Shown here in pieces: positions 50,759 through 59,880 of a stretch of DNA of 64,000 nt. Numbering within the stretch: the first letter of the stretch is position 1; every line of letters begins with the position of its first letter. The notes under the pieces were generated by a model that was not told the DNA's origin, did not search any database, and saw nothing but the letters and a program-made list of their open reading frames with translations. The stretch lies in the NCBI GenBank assembly GCA_965262485.1, contig OZ253540.1, positions 2,339,882 to 2,403,881 of the forward strand, written 5' to 3'. A program made the position numbers and the translations under genes. The DNA comes from Dehalococcoidia bacterium. GTDB taxonomy: Bacteria > Chloroflexota > Dehalococcoidia > Lucifugimonadales > UBA3495.

Positions 50759-52440
50759 ATGCCAGAGCGTAACTTTGCCAACCGGACGCTGTACAGCGAT
50801 GATTGTCTAAATGTCCTCAACGACGAATTGGCCCTGCCGACAGATTCCGTCAACTTGATCTACCTGGACCCGCCTTTCAATTCCAAGAGCATCTACAATC
50901 TGCCGTTCGCTGGCGGCCACCCGGAGGCTCGCCCCGTCCAAGCGTTTGCTGACACGTGGATATGGGGCACCGAGGAAGACGACCTGCTGCGTGACCTACA
51001 CGCCGGCCCTCAAACGCGCTATCTTGCGGACATCGTTTCGCTGGCTCAACGCATTGATTTAGTGGGTGGATTGCGCGGGGGGGGGGGGGGGGGAACAACA
51101 GTCCGAACAGCGTCGCCGCTTATTTGGTCAACATGGCCACGCGGTTGCTGGCAATGCGGCGGGTGCTTGCACCGACGGGCAGTATCTATCTCCACTGCGA
51201 CGATACCGCCAGCCATTACCTCAAAATGTTGATGGACGCCATCTTTGGCCCACGTAACTACCGCGCCGAAATAATCTGGAAACGAACCAGCGCCCATAAC
51301 GACACCAAGCAGGGGCGGAAGCAGCACGGACGGATTCACGACGTGCTGCTTTTCTATACCAAAAGCGATAACTGGACGTGGAATCCCGTGTTCACTCCCT
51401 ATAACCGTGACTATGTGGCGAAGTCCTACAAGTATGAGGAGGAAGGCACGGGGCGGCGATACAGGCTGGACAACCTGACCGGCCCTTACGGAGCTGCAAA
51501 AGGAAACCCGCAATACGAAGTGATGGGCGTAACTCGTTACTGGCGGTACAGCCAAGAGCGGATGCAGCAACTCATTGACGCCGGCAGGGTGGTGCAGGTG
51601 AAGCCCGGCGCGGTACCCTGCTACAAACGCTACCTCGACGAAATGCCGGGCGTTGCCTTGCAAGATATATGGACGGACATTGGCCCGATCCCGTCAAAGG
51701 CAGCCGAACGGCTGGGCTATCCGACGCAAAAACCTTTGACGTTGCTGGAGCGCATTATCAAGTCGTCCAGCAACGAAGGCGACTTGATCCTTGACCCATT
51801 CTGTGGTTGCGGCACTGCGGCACACGCTGCCGAGACGTTGGGCCGGCGATGGGTGGGGATTGACGTGTCGGCGTTCTCGGTGGGCCTGATGCGAGGGCGG
51901 ATACTGCGCCACTTCCAACACTTGACCACCGATGACGTGCTGGTGCGCGGCGTTCCCGTCAACGTCCTTGAAGCCGAAACGCTGGCCCAGCGTGACAAGT
52001 TCGAGTTTGAGAAATGGGTCTGCGGCGCGATTGGCGCAGAGGGAATGTTTCACGAACCCGGCACACCCGGAGCAGACGGCGGCGTTGACGGCGTGTTGCG
52101 ATTTTACCCGTTCCGCTTCGGCAAGAAACCCAAGCCGGAGTTTGCCATCGTTCAGGTCAAAGGCGGACACGTCACCGCCGATGCGGTTCGCGCTCTCAAA
52201 ACGACTGTAGACAAGTACGGCGCGACGGCGGGGATCATGGTCTGTTTCAACCGCTATGTGCGGACGGTGGAAAACCAGCGCGTCAGGGCTACGTTCCGCG
52301 ATGACAGCGGTTCCTATCCGGTGATTCAAGGATTGAGCGTCGAGGACTTGTTGGCGGACCGGCGACCAGACTTACCGCTGTACGGCTACAGGGCACAGGG
52401 CGGGCGCGTAGTGCGCCAAGAGGCTTTGTTTGGAATAGCG
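50759..52440 (+). pseudogene. Beta-class N6A/N4C DNA methyltransferase fused to a C-terminal Mrr-like restriction nuclease domain. Frame broken at the G17 tract; native stop replaced by the IS6 copy-3 end.
   Basis: LIYLDPPFNS (motif IV); after the tract, in the -1 frame, AAYLVNMATRLLAMRRVLAPTGSIYLHCD; YPTQKPLTLLERII..DLILDPFCGCGT (motif I); Mrr-like FEKWV...GADGGVDGVL....AIVQVKGG. Confidence 0.8.
51077..51093 (+). repeat. 17-nt poly-G homopolymer inside the methyltransferase gene
   Basis: Counted directly. 18 or 15 G would restore the reading frame. Confidence 0.9.
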
Positions 52441-52507
52441 ATAGGAACATCCCCGCCGGCGACTGTTTGGCGACGCTACCGGCAGGGATGTAGAGGAGGA
52501 TGTGCTG

Positions 52508-52714
52508 ATGGGAACAGTGATCGGAATTGCTGCGAACGTTTTTATAGTTCTCGCTATTATCGTCGGTGCGTTAGGGGGTTGGCAGTTCTCTGAATGTTAC
52601 TACCCAACTATCTATGCGCCGATTGTGAAGTGTCTTGTGATTCTAATGGGGACAATAGTCGGAGTTCTGGTGCTCGGAGGAATCGGTTTCGTTCTCTTAC
52701 AAGTGCAACGATAA
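52508..52714 (+). CDS. Small two-TM membrane protein at the IS right end
   Basis: MGTVIGIAANVFIVLAIIVGALGGWQFSECYYPTIYAPIVK.. after GGAGGA. Confidence 0.4.
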   Translation: MGTVIGIAANVFIVLAIIVGALGGWQFSECYYPTIYAPIVKCLVILMGTIVGVLVLGGIGFVLLQVQR

Positions 52715-52796
52715 CCACTGCCATCAAGATTAATCCCACCAGCAAAGTCCCATAGAGGGTCCAGCTGGCAAATTCGCTAATACCACAGGTCCCCAT
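52608..52796 (-). CDS. Small single-TM peptide after the transposase
   Basis: MGTCGISEFASWTLYGTLLVGLILMAVVIVALVRERNRFLR.. Confidence 0.3.
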   Translation of the reverse strand: MGTCGISEFASWTLYGTLLVGLILMAVVIVALVRERNRFLRAPELRLLSPLESQDTSQSAHR

Positions 52797-52805
52797 CTCG
52801 CCCTC

Positions 52806-54050
52806 TTACCGCCGTTTCCCTTTCGTGGGTTGAGCGCTCGCCATCCGTCCGGCGGTGGCGAGACCGTTCTTTGACGTGCCCTGCTTGCGGGGTGTGACGA
52901 CCTTGCCCTTTGGCTTGGGCGTCGTGATGGTTTTCCCAACGCCGCCGGCCGGACGGCCGGCATACACCTGCCCAATGTCGTCGGCCCGCCACCGCGCTAC
53001 CGTCGCCGGCGTCGGCGGCCATTCCTCGTCGGGATCGTCGTCGTCGGTCTCCCCTTTCGGGCGCACCCGCCTTCCGGTGTCCGGCACAAAGTGGGTGGTG
53101 AGCGGCGCGGTCGATTCCCCGTGCCGTTCCGCCCGATCCGCTACCTCCGCCAGGTTGGGCGCGGCGGCCTTGCGCTTGGTGTCCGTTGCCGCCACCCGCA
53201 CCACGTCGGCCCATTCTGTGAACGGCGGATTGACACCGGCCATCTCCGAGGGCGTCTGCCCCTTGATGCCTTCGTGCTCCCGGAACAGGTTATATTGCAC
53301 CACCCAACCGTCAAAGTACCGCTGCCCCGACTCCAACCCGTCCAGCCCCCGCATCGTTTTGACGCGGTCTTTGATGGTGCCCTGCAACCGTTCCGACAGG
53401 TTATTGTTCAGCTCGGCGCGGATGCCTTCAGACTGGATATGCTCGGCGTCGGGGAACACCTGTTTGATTGCGCCGGTGTAACTGCCCAACTTGTCGGTGG
53501 TGATGGACTTGGGCGGGGCGTCCGCGGCGGCCATCGCCTTACGCATCACGGCTACCGCCGCCCTGGTGTCCCGGTTGGGCGACAGGTGGACGGCCAGCGC
53601 ATAACGGGTGCTGGCGTCCATCACGTTCCAGAGCCACATTGCCTCGCCGCCGACCTTGACCTGCGTTTCGTCGGCCACCCACTTGCCGCTAGTGTGCGCC
53701 GGATGGTCGGCCAGTATGTCTTTGGCAACTGCGGTGTACTCGCCCACCCATTCGTAGATCGCTCGCTTCGACGGTTCAGGCATATCGTGGCCGTCGGCCA
53801 TCGTCTCGGCGGTTTGCTTGTAACTGGTGCCGCCGTAGTACATTCTGACCGCCATGCCGATTTGCTCGGCGGTAGCGCGATGCCCGCCTACTTGTCCGGT
53901 GTGCAGGAACCGCTTGGTACACTGCTTGCAACGATAGGTCTGCTTGCCGTTGGCGTTCCGTCCGTTCTTCACGACCTTGTCGTGGGCGCAGTAAGGGCAG
54001 GCGATGGTACGGGTTACGGTTTCGGTGAATTCAGCCATAATCCCTGCCAT
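52806..54050 (-). CDS. IS6-family DDE transposase with zinc finger
   Basis: 414 aa. The first ~348 residues are identical to copy 2. Confidence 0.85.
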   Translation of the reverse strand: MAGIMAEFTETVTRTIACPYCAHDKVVKNGRNANGKQTYRCKQCTKRFLHTGQVGGHRATAEQIGMAVRMYYGGTSYKQTAETMADGHDMPEPSKRAIYEWVGEYTAVAKDILADHPAHTSGKWVADETQVKVGGEAMWLWNVMDASTRYALAVHLSPNRDTRAAVAVMRKAMAAADAPPKSITTDKLGSYTGAIKQVFPDAEHIQSEGIRAELNNNLSERLQGTIKDRVKTMRGLDGLESGQRYFDGWVVQYNLFREHEGIKGQTPSEMAGVNPPFTEWADVVRVAATDTKRKAAAPNLAEVADRAERHGESTAPLTTHFVPDTGRRVRPKGETDDDDPDEEWPPTPATVARWRADDIGQVYAGRPAGGVGKTITTPKPKGKVVTPRKQGTSKNGLATAGRMASAQPTKGKRR

Positions 54051-54216
54051 AGTATCACACCCCGGAAAATCGGCTATAATAGCCTATCACGCACAAGTAA
54101 ACGGAACCCAACCGGCCGCTGGTAGTGCTCCGGCGGGTGGGTGCTCAGTTCATCCTCAGTCAAAACCGGGGAGCACTCATGATCGCGATGATCTCAAGTG
54201 AGAATGCAGCGGCGGA

Positions 54217-54652
54217 TCATGTAATCGCCTGCAGAAGGTGGCCGTGCTGAGCCTGCCCTCTACGGTATCGTCGGAGCGGGCTGAATACTCCCCCGACCGT
54301 GGGAGATAAAGCTGGTGCGATGAATGTCGAGAGGGTGGATACCGTCACCGTCTGCAACGGCGTCGTGGACGACGATCCACAACTGGTCACCGTGCAGGGC
54401 CGGTACCGCTCACACGGGGGCGCCACAGTGAACTCGCCGATGCGCGACGCGGCGTACCGGTGGACGTTTGCCGTACCAGAAGCGCAGGTTGGTGGCGTAC
54501 CAGTATGCCTGAGAGCCGCTGGGCTGTGGGAAGATCTCCGGCTCATTTTCCTGGGGGTAAATGTCGCCCGGTTTGTCGCACGACCAATTGAGTAACTGTC
54601 GCAGATCAAAGACGCTGATCTCCCGGCCGTAGGACCGGAAAACCACCTTCAC
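54217..54652 (-). pseudogene. Unidentified gene remnant next to IS6 copy 3 (in-frame TGA at 54410-12 or a frameshift)
   Basis: VKVVFRSYGREISVFDLRQLLNWSCDKPGDIYPQ...GAPV*AVPALHGDQLWIVVHDAV.. Family not recognised. Confidence 0.25.
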
Positions 54653-55170
54653 GCGGGTGGAGCGGCGTAAAAACAGCCCTTAGTGGGCGCTAGCTGGCTC
54701 TCAGGAGCCATTCGACGCAGTAGGTCGTAAAGAGCGACTATCAGTCGCAAATCGGACTTTCAGCCGGTATGGGGACGATTATCCCGTTAGCCTTCGTGGC
54801 TCTTCCGCAGTCAGCGGGGTGCGCGCATTGCGCGGCGACGCATCAGTCGTCAGTCTGCATCTGTGCAGTAAGTCTCAAGTCGGATTGACTATCCATGCCC
54901 TTGGCAAATGCTTCATCCGTCACACGGGTGGAGCGGCGTAAAAACAGCCCTTAGTGGGCGCTAGTTGGCTCTCAGGAGCGATTCGACACAGTAGGTCGCA
55001 AATCGGGCTTTCAGCCGGTATGGGGACGACTATCCCATTAGCCTTCGTGTCTCTTCCGCAGTCAGCGGGGTGCGCGCATTGCGCGGCGACGTATCAGTCG
55101 TCAGTCTGCATCTGTGCAGTAAGTCTCAAACCGGATTGATTATCCATGCCTTTGGCAAATGCTTCATCAC
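54650..55170. repeat. Two tandem copies (271 and ~250 nt) of a non-coding unit. Candidate paralogous small RNA genes or a duplicated leader.
   Basis: 54650-54920 against 54921-55170 are roughly 90% identical by eye. Copy 1 has a 20-nt insert at ~54728. No conserved ORF. Several conserved hairpins are present. Confidence 0.85.
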
Positions 55171-55470
55171 ATGAAGTACGAAATCAGGTTACCACGTGGC
55201 TAAATGTCGCGCAAGTCCACTTCTCACACGCAGGGCAATCGCGTCTTAATCCGTAACGGTAAAACCGCACACTCGCGTTGCGTCCAAAATCGTCGTCCGC
55301 ATGATGGACCAATATTACGAATATCGTCGCGGGCAACCAATAAATGCCATCAATCGCCCGCGCCAGTGGGCTGCGGATCGCCTCCGTGTGGTATGACTCT
55401 GCGTCGGGTCGCTCCAGTCAGAGGGTCTGGGTCCACCGGCGTCTGTGACGCCCTTCCACCGTTGCACCAC

Positions 55471-55549
55471 AATATCCCCAGGGTGGGAATATGTCTGCTG
55501 CAACTGCCGGCTTCCTGATGTCGGCCCCAATATCCCTGGTTGGGGATAT
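55471..55549 (+). promoter_or_regulatory. Two inverted repeats sharing the half-site ATATCCC/GGGATAT upstream of the HTH gene (putative operators)
   Basis: AATATCCCCAGGGTGGGAATAT (55471-92) and ATATCCCtggttgGGGATAT (55530-49). A third half-site GGGGGATAC is at ~55598. Confidence 0.4.
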
Positions 55550-55639
55550 CGCTTCGACTCCCGGTTCCCTTTTCGCCGTTGCTCTTTATCCCGTCATGGG
55601 GGATACTTTTCCGGACCATTGGCCGCCCGGGAGAATGCC

Positions 55640-56551
55640 ATGCCCCAGCCAAGGAAACTGACCCACGATGAGGTTCGCGACATCCGTCGGTCGGGTCTTT
55701 CCCAGGAACGGGCCGCCCGGAAGTACGGCGTTGATTCCAAGACCATCCGGAACGTTCGGAAAGGAGTCACATACCGGGACGTTCCGGACCGCCCTCCCAT
55801 TGATCCCGACGCCCACCTGATGTTCAGAAGAAAATATCTGGTGGGTGACGCCGTGGAGCTGCTGGACCACATGCCCGAAGGGTATGCCGAGACGGTCCTG
55901 ACCATGGCCCGGCATCTTGCAGGTCCGGTCGGTCGCGCCGAACACGCGGATCATGTTGACCGGCAGCGCCGCATTATCCAGGAGTGCCTGCGCGCCGTCG
56001 GCGATTTCGGCGTTGTCATGTACGTGCATCGTCCCCGGCTTGGCTACGCCGGAGATGTCGATCTGGGCGCCGACATCATTGGAGGATTGCCCCTGCGACA
56101 GGCAGTCATCTGGACCTGGCCGGTGCGGTACGGGCTTGGCGCCGATTCCGTCGGGAGAGGAGCGCCATTGCCGCAGAATTACGCGAGCGTCTTCATCCTC
56201 GCCGGAAGACTTTGGACGATGTCCAGCGCAGTTGCGTCCAGGTTCCGGCGGAGGGGCGCCATCTGGACGATGCCGCCGCCGCACTCGGCCAACGCGCCGC
56301 CGGAGTTTCCCCTCGAACTGGCCACGCGCTGTATTGCCATGGGATCGGGCCGGGTGCTCAACCCCCAGGCGGGAACCGGCACCGTTGCGCTGGCGGCACA
56401 GGAACAGGATCGGTCCTGGACGCTCTTCGAAAGCACCGACGCACATCTGGCTACCTTTGAAAGGCGCCTGGCCGGCAAGGGCGAACCCGATCCTCCCTCT
56501 GGATTCTCCGTCACTAGAGACCCAATGATGAAGCGGTTCACCCAAGCCTGA
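55640..56551 (+). CDS. HTH protein with a degenerate beta-class DNA-methyltransferase fold (catalytic and SAM motifs lost)
   Basis: N-terminal HTH: GLSQERAARKYGVDSKTIRNVRKG. Position of motif IV reads TVLTMARH instead of ..DPPY. Motif I reads RVLNPQAGTGT instead of VLDPFAGSGT. PPEFPLELATRCI is retained. SD GGGAGAA. Confidence 0.65.
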   Translation: MPQPRKLTHDEVRDIRRSGLSQERAARKYGVDSKTIRNVRKGVTYRDVPDRPPIDPDAHLMFRRKYLVGDAVELLDHMPEGYAETVLTMARHLAGPVGRAEHADHVDRQRRIIQECLRAVGDFGVVMYVHRPRLGYAGDVDLGADIIGGLPLRQAVIWTWPVRYGLGADSVGRGAPLPQNYASVFILAGRLWTMSSAVASRFRRRGAIWTMPPPHSANAPPEFPLELATRCIAMGSGRVLNPQAGTGTVALAAQEQDRSWTLFESTDAHLATFERRLAGKGEPDPPSGFSVTRDPMMKRFTQA

Positions 56552-56561
56552 CTCCAAGGGA

Positions 56562-59222
56562 TCATTGACTCGATTCAAAGTCTGCGGTTAGATCCAGCCG
56601 GTTCCAGCGTTCGCCATCATACCGCCAGACGTGGCGCGATCCCTGACCCAGGATGAGGATGTCAGCATCACAGCCGGCGTTCAGTATCCGCTGTGCTACG
56701 TCCATGGGGAACTCGCTCACCGGCTTGACCTCCGCGTAGGCCTCGATGCCCTCCAGTGTGAGCCGGAAGTCGGGGGTCCAGCCGGTGAATCGCGCCGGCT
56801 CGTACTCCCAGGCAATGCCCCTCCGGTCGAAGTACGCCGCCCAGCGGGCCTCCAGCTGGCTGCGGAAGGTAACGCCGCCGTACTCGGTGATGAGGGGTGT
56901 CTGCTCTGGACTCATCGTCTGGGGCGCCACCGCAACCGCCCACCGGTGTAGTTGATCGGCGGTGTCCTCTCTCAGCAGACGCTCCCGCTCCGAACGCTGG
57001 CCCGGTTGGCGGGCGATCTCCAGCAGCGCCTGGGTGTAGCGGCCCAGGTTGTCGGCGATGGCCTTCGATAGGCCCAACCCGCCGCCCACCTTGTCCCAGA
57101 GGACGATGGCGCGCTGTACCTCGCTGCCGCGCCCGTCACGGACCACCTGAACGTTCTGGTGCGTGGTGCGGATGTCGGCGGGATGGATGGCCTCCCGGCT
57201 GCACATCACCGTCCGCAGGGCTCGGGCCACGTCCCGGCGCGTGTTGGCGTCGTCGAACCAGTCCTCCCAGATGATGATCACCGTGGCCGTGGTGCGCAGG
57301 TTGGAAACCACCTCGGGGATGTTCTCGGCCCCGTAGTGGACGTCCCGCCATTCAGAATCGCCCGGTTCGCGCAGGGAGCAGCCGACGATGCGTTCCCAAG
57401 TCACCGCCTGGGCGTGGGTGCAGTACTCCAGGTGTCCCAGCGTGGAGACGCGGGGCTGCTGCAGCGTGACGGTGGCGCCGCTGTGGGTGATGGGACGGGT
57501 TTCCCGAGGTGGAGCGTGGCGCGCCGTGATCACCGTCTCGCCGCCGGACTCGTGCCAGCCCTCGATGGAGTAGCTCTGCTTGGCGTGGAAGTAGGTGGCC
57601 AGCGGATAGGCGTCGCGGGCTGCCTCCCGGCGGGTAACCTCGCTGGTGAGCAGCTCCATCTCGCCACCCGGCATCAGCTGCACGATGCGGGCCCGGCCAT
57701 CGGCGGCGTCCCGGATGTCGTTGCGGTGGGGCTGCTGCGGGTCCCCGGTCTGGAACTCCGGCGCGTAGTGCTCGCCACGGGCGATCTCCCGGAGCGTCTG
57801 GGGCAGCTGCTCCGGCCAGGCGTCCGTGGGCGACGGGATGGCCCGCTCCATGCCGTTGAGGTCGGTCTCCTTGGCCAAGCACCTCCCATGGGTGTTCCTG
57901 ATGTTGGGGTTGGACGGATAGAGCCGGGCCGGCTCCACCGGCTGCTGCCAGTAAATCTCGAGGCTGTCCTCGTGGAACTGGAAGGCGTGGCGCGGCGCCA
58001 CGATGATGAACCGCCCCGGGCCGGTGCGTCCCACCCGTCCGGCCCGCTGCCTGACCCGACCCACCGAGTGGGGCAGGCCCAGGTTGAAGCCCACCTGCAG
58101 GTCCGGTATGTCGATGCCCATCTCCATAGCGCTGGTGCTGGCCAGGCCCCGGATGTCTCCCGCCCGCAGCGCCTCCTCGATGCGCCCCCTATGCATCAGC
58201 CCCGACCGGTAGGCCATGGCGTCCCGGGACTCCACGATGATGGCGTCCTCGGTGATGCTGCGGGCGGCCTCGATGCCCGCGGCGGCCCGCTCCGCCAGCT
58301 GCCGGTCGTCCACGAAGGCGATGTACGACCGGTCGGGATCATCGCTGATCACCTCCCGCACCGCCGTCTGTAAATCACGCCAGCCCTCGTCATGGGGCTC
58401 ACGTCCGACGACGTGCTGCACGGTGAGCTCGGCCCGGGGGCTGCCGTTGTACCGGTCGTCCACCACCTGGAAGGGCCGGCCGGTCAGCGTTTCGAGGTGT
58501 TGGGCCGCATTGTGAATGGTGGCGCTGGCGGCGATGACCCGTAGGGGCTCGAACTGGGCCATCAGCTCTTTGCGCTTTTGCTGCAGCCGGTGCAGCAGGT
58601 AGAGGCAGTGGGTGCCCAGGGCGCCGTCGTAGGTGTGGGCCTCGTCCAGGATGAGAAACGCCAGGTTGGACAGGAACCGGCGCACGTTGTACTGGGTGTT
58701 CTGCACCTCCCTGAGGTCGTGGCGCAGCGGCCGCCTGCCGTAGAGGGGCTCCGAGTAGGCCATCAGCCACTGCTGGATCACGTCTGGGGTCATCAGGGCC
58801 AGGCGAGTCCGCTGCAGGATCTGCCGCCGCTCGGTGAGGTCGCGCACGTCGCCGTCGATGCGGTTGATGGCAGCGGGATCCAGTCCGGCGGCCTCCGCCA
58901 TGCTCTGCCAGCGGACGACCTGGTCCCGGGCCAGGGCCTTGATGGGGTAGATAGCGATGGCCGTGGCGTTGGGGTGGGTTGCCAGGTGATCCAGGGTGGG
59001 CGCCTGGAAGACCAGGGACTTGCCGCTGGCGGTGCCGGTGCTGATCACCAGGTTGTGGCCCTGGCCCAGCAGTTCAAGCCCCATGGCCTGGTGCAGGTAC
59101 AGTTGACCACCATCCGTTTGCGCATTCACGGCGGGCCAGATCTGGCTGTCGGCCAGCCAGGCGGGCACGGCGCCGTGGCGGGCCTCCTGGCCGGGGATGG
59201 TGATCTCGTCGTGGATATCCAT
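56562..59222 (-). CDS. COG1205-type DEAD/DEAH helicase fused to a C-terminal PD-(D/E)xK nuclease-like domain
   Basis: 886 aa, intact. STGTASGKS; ILDEAHTYDG; ASAT; QRAGRVGR. C-terminus: TFRSQLEARWAAYFDRRGIAWEYEP..WTPDFRLT..AYAEVKP. Confidence 0.8.
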   Translation of the reverse strand: MDIHDEITIPGQEARHGAVPAWLADSQIWPAVNAQTDGGQLYLHQAMGLELLGQGHNLVISTGTASGKSLVFQAPTLDHLATHPNATAIAIYPIKALARDQVVRWQSMAEAAGLDPAAINRIDGDVRDLTERRQILQRTRLALMTPDVIQQWLMAYSEPLYGRRPLRHDLREVQNTQYNVRRFLSNLAFLILDEAHTYDGALGTHCLYLLHRLQQKRKELMAQFEPLRVIAASATIHNAAQHLETLTGRPFQVVDDRYNGSPRAELTVQHVVGREPHDEGWRDLQTAVREVISDDPDRSYIAFVDDRQLAERAAAGIEAARSITEDAIIVESRDAMAYRSGLMHRGRIEEALRAGDIRGLASTSAMEMGIDIPDLQVGFNLGLPHSVGRVRQRAGRVGRTGPGRFIIVAPRHAFQFHEDSLEIYWQQPVEPARLYPSNPNIRNTHGRCLAKETDLNGMERAIPSPTDAWPEQLPQTLREIARGEHYAPEFQTGDPQQPHRNDIRDAADGRARIVQLMPGGEMELLTSEVTRREAARDAYPLATYFHAKQSYSIEGWHESGGETVITARHAPPRETRPITHSGATVTLQQPRVSTLGHLEYCTHAQAVTWERIVGCSLREPGDSEWRDVHYGAENIPEVVSNLRTTATVIIIWEDWFDDANTRRDVARALRTVMCSREAIHPADIRTTHQNVQVVRDGRGSEVQRAIVLWDKVGGGLGLSKAIADNLGRYTQALLEIARQPGQRSERERLLREDTADQLHRWAVAVAPQTMSPEQTPLITEYGGVTFRSQLEARWAAYFDRRGIAWEYEPARFTGWTPDFRLTLEGIEAYAEVKPVSEFPMDVAQRILNAGCDADILILGQGSRHVWRYDGERWNRLDLTADFESSQ

Positions 59223-59328
59223 GGCGTCTATGATGGGCTGATGCTTGACAGCATTCTTCTCCAGTTGAGCAACGGATGGGAATTTGGCTCATAATATCAG
59301 CAACCGGAGCGAGACTATGCTGGCATAA

Positions 59329-59625
59329 ATGAGACGATTGGGCTTGCTGCTGAGCCGGGCCATTCTGGCGGCAGTGGTTCTGCCACTGTTGATGCTGACC
59401 GTGATGGTTCTGATTGCCGCGCAGGCCGGAGCGATCGGCGCCGTCTTCATTCGCCCTGATGCCAGCGGGCCCATTGACCCCCTCCTGCTATCATCAGATT
59501 ACACAACGCGCGCGTTGCAGATTACCGGGTGGGTGCTTGCCTACGAACTGAACTGGCTGTTCGTTGTCATGGCGTTTCCTTACCTGCTGCTGAATGGCGA
59601 TCTGCGGTTTGGATTCGGCAGTTGA
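59329..59625 (+). CDS. Hypothetical membrane protein
   Basis: 98 aa with two or three hydrophobic helices, divergent from the helicase. Confidence 0.4.
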   Translation: MRRLGLLLSRAILAAVVLPLLMLTVMVLIAAQAGAIGAVFIRPDASGPIDPLLLSSDYTTRALQITGWVLAYELNWLFVVMAFPYLLLNGDLRFGFGS

Positions 59626-59711
59626 GGCAATCACCCGGCACCGCGAGGTCAACCTGCCCGAGGCACGGGTCATAATCTCGCCGGCGACTTTCATAATATG
59701 GAGAAATCACC

Positions 59712-59876
59712 ATGAAATTCGGACTGGTTTACGAAATGCGGCGTTCCGAACTGGACGACCATGCGGTCATCGAGAAAAACATGGGTTTCGACATCCAAAC
59801 ACGGCGGCAATCCGCAGGCGCCGTACCCGCTGAGGGGAGCGCCGGTCCGGTGGCTCCGAGTTCATCAGGAAGGTAA
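59712..59876 (+). pseudogene. N-terminal fragment of a luciferase-like (LLM) flavin oxidoreductase
   Basis: MKFGLVYEM......MGFD, then unrelated sequence and a stop. Confidence 0.3.
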
Positions 59877-59880
59877 CCAG

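Larger units (their letters stand above)
52444..54108 (-). mobile_element. IS6-family-like element, copy 3 (inverted relative to copy 2)
   Basis: The reverse complement of 54079-54108 equals the left end GGTTCCGTTTACTTGTGCGTGATAGGCTAT. Right-end motif GGAACATCCCCGCCGGCGACTGTTTGGCGAC at 52444. Confidence 0.6.

Noticed and set aside
37659-54108. A classical composite transposon formed by IS6 copies 2 and 3.
   Set aside because: No 8-bp direct or inverted target duplications could be found at any combination of flanks. The copies are inverted rather than direct as in IS26-type pseudo-compound transposons. It is reported only as a probable inversion or recombination substrate.
54650-55170. CRISPR array.
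   Set aside because: There are only two units of ~260 nt, with no short repeat-spacer periodicity. No CRISPR-like structure occurs anywhere in the window.
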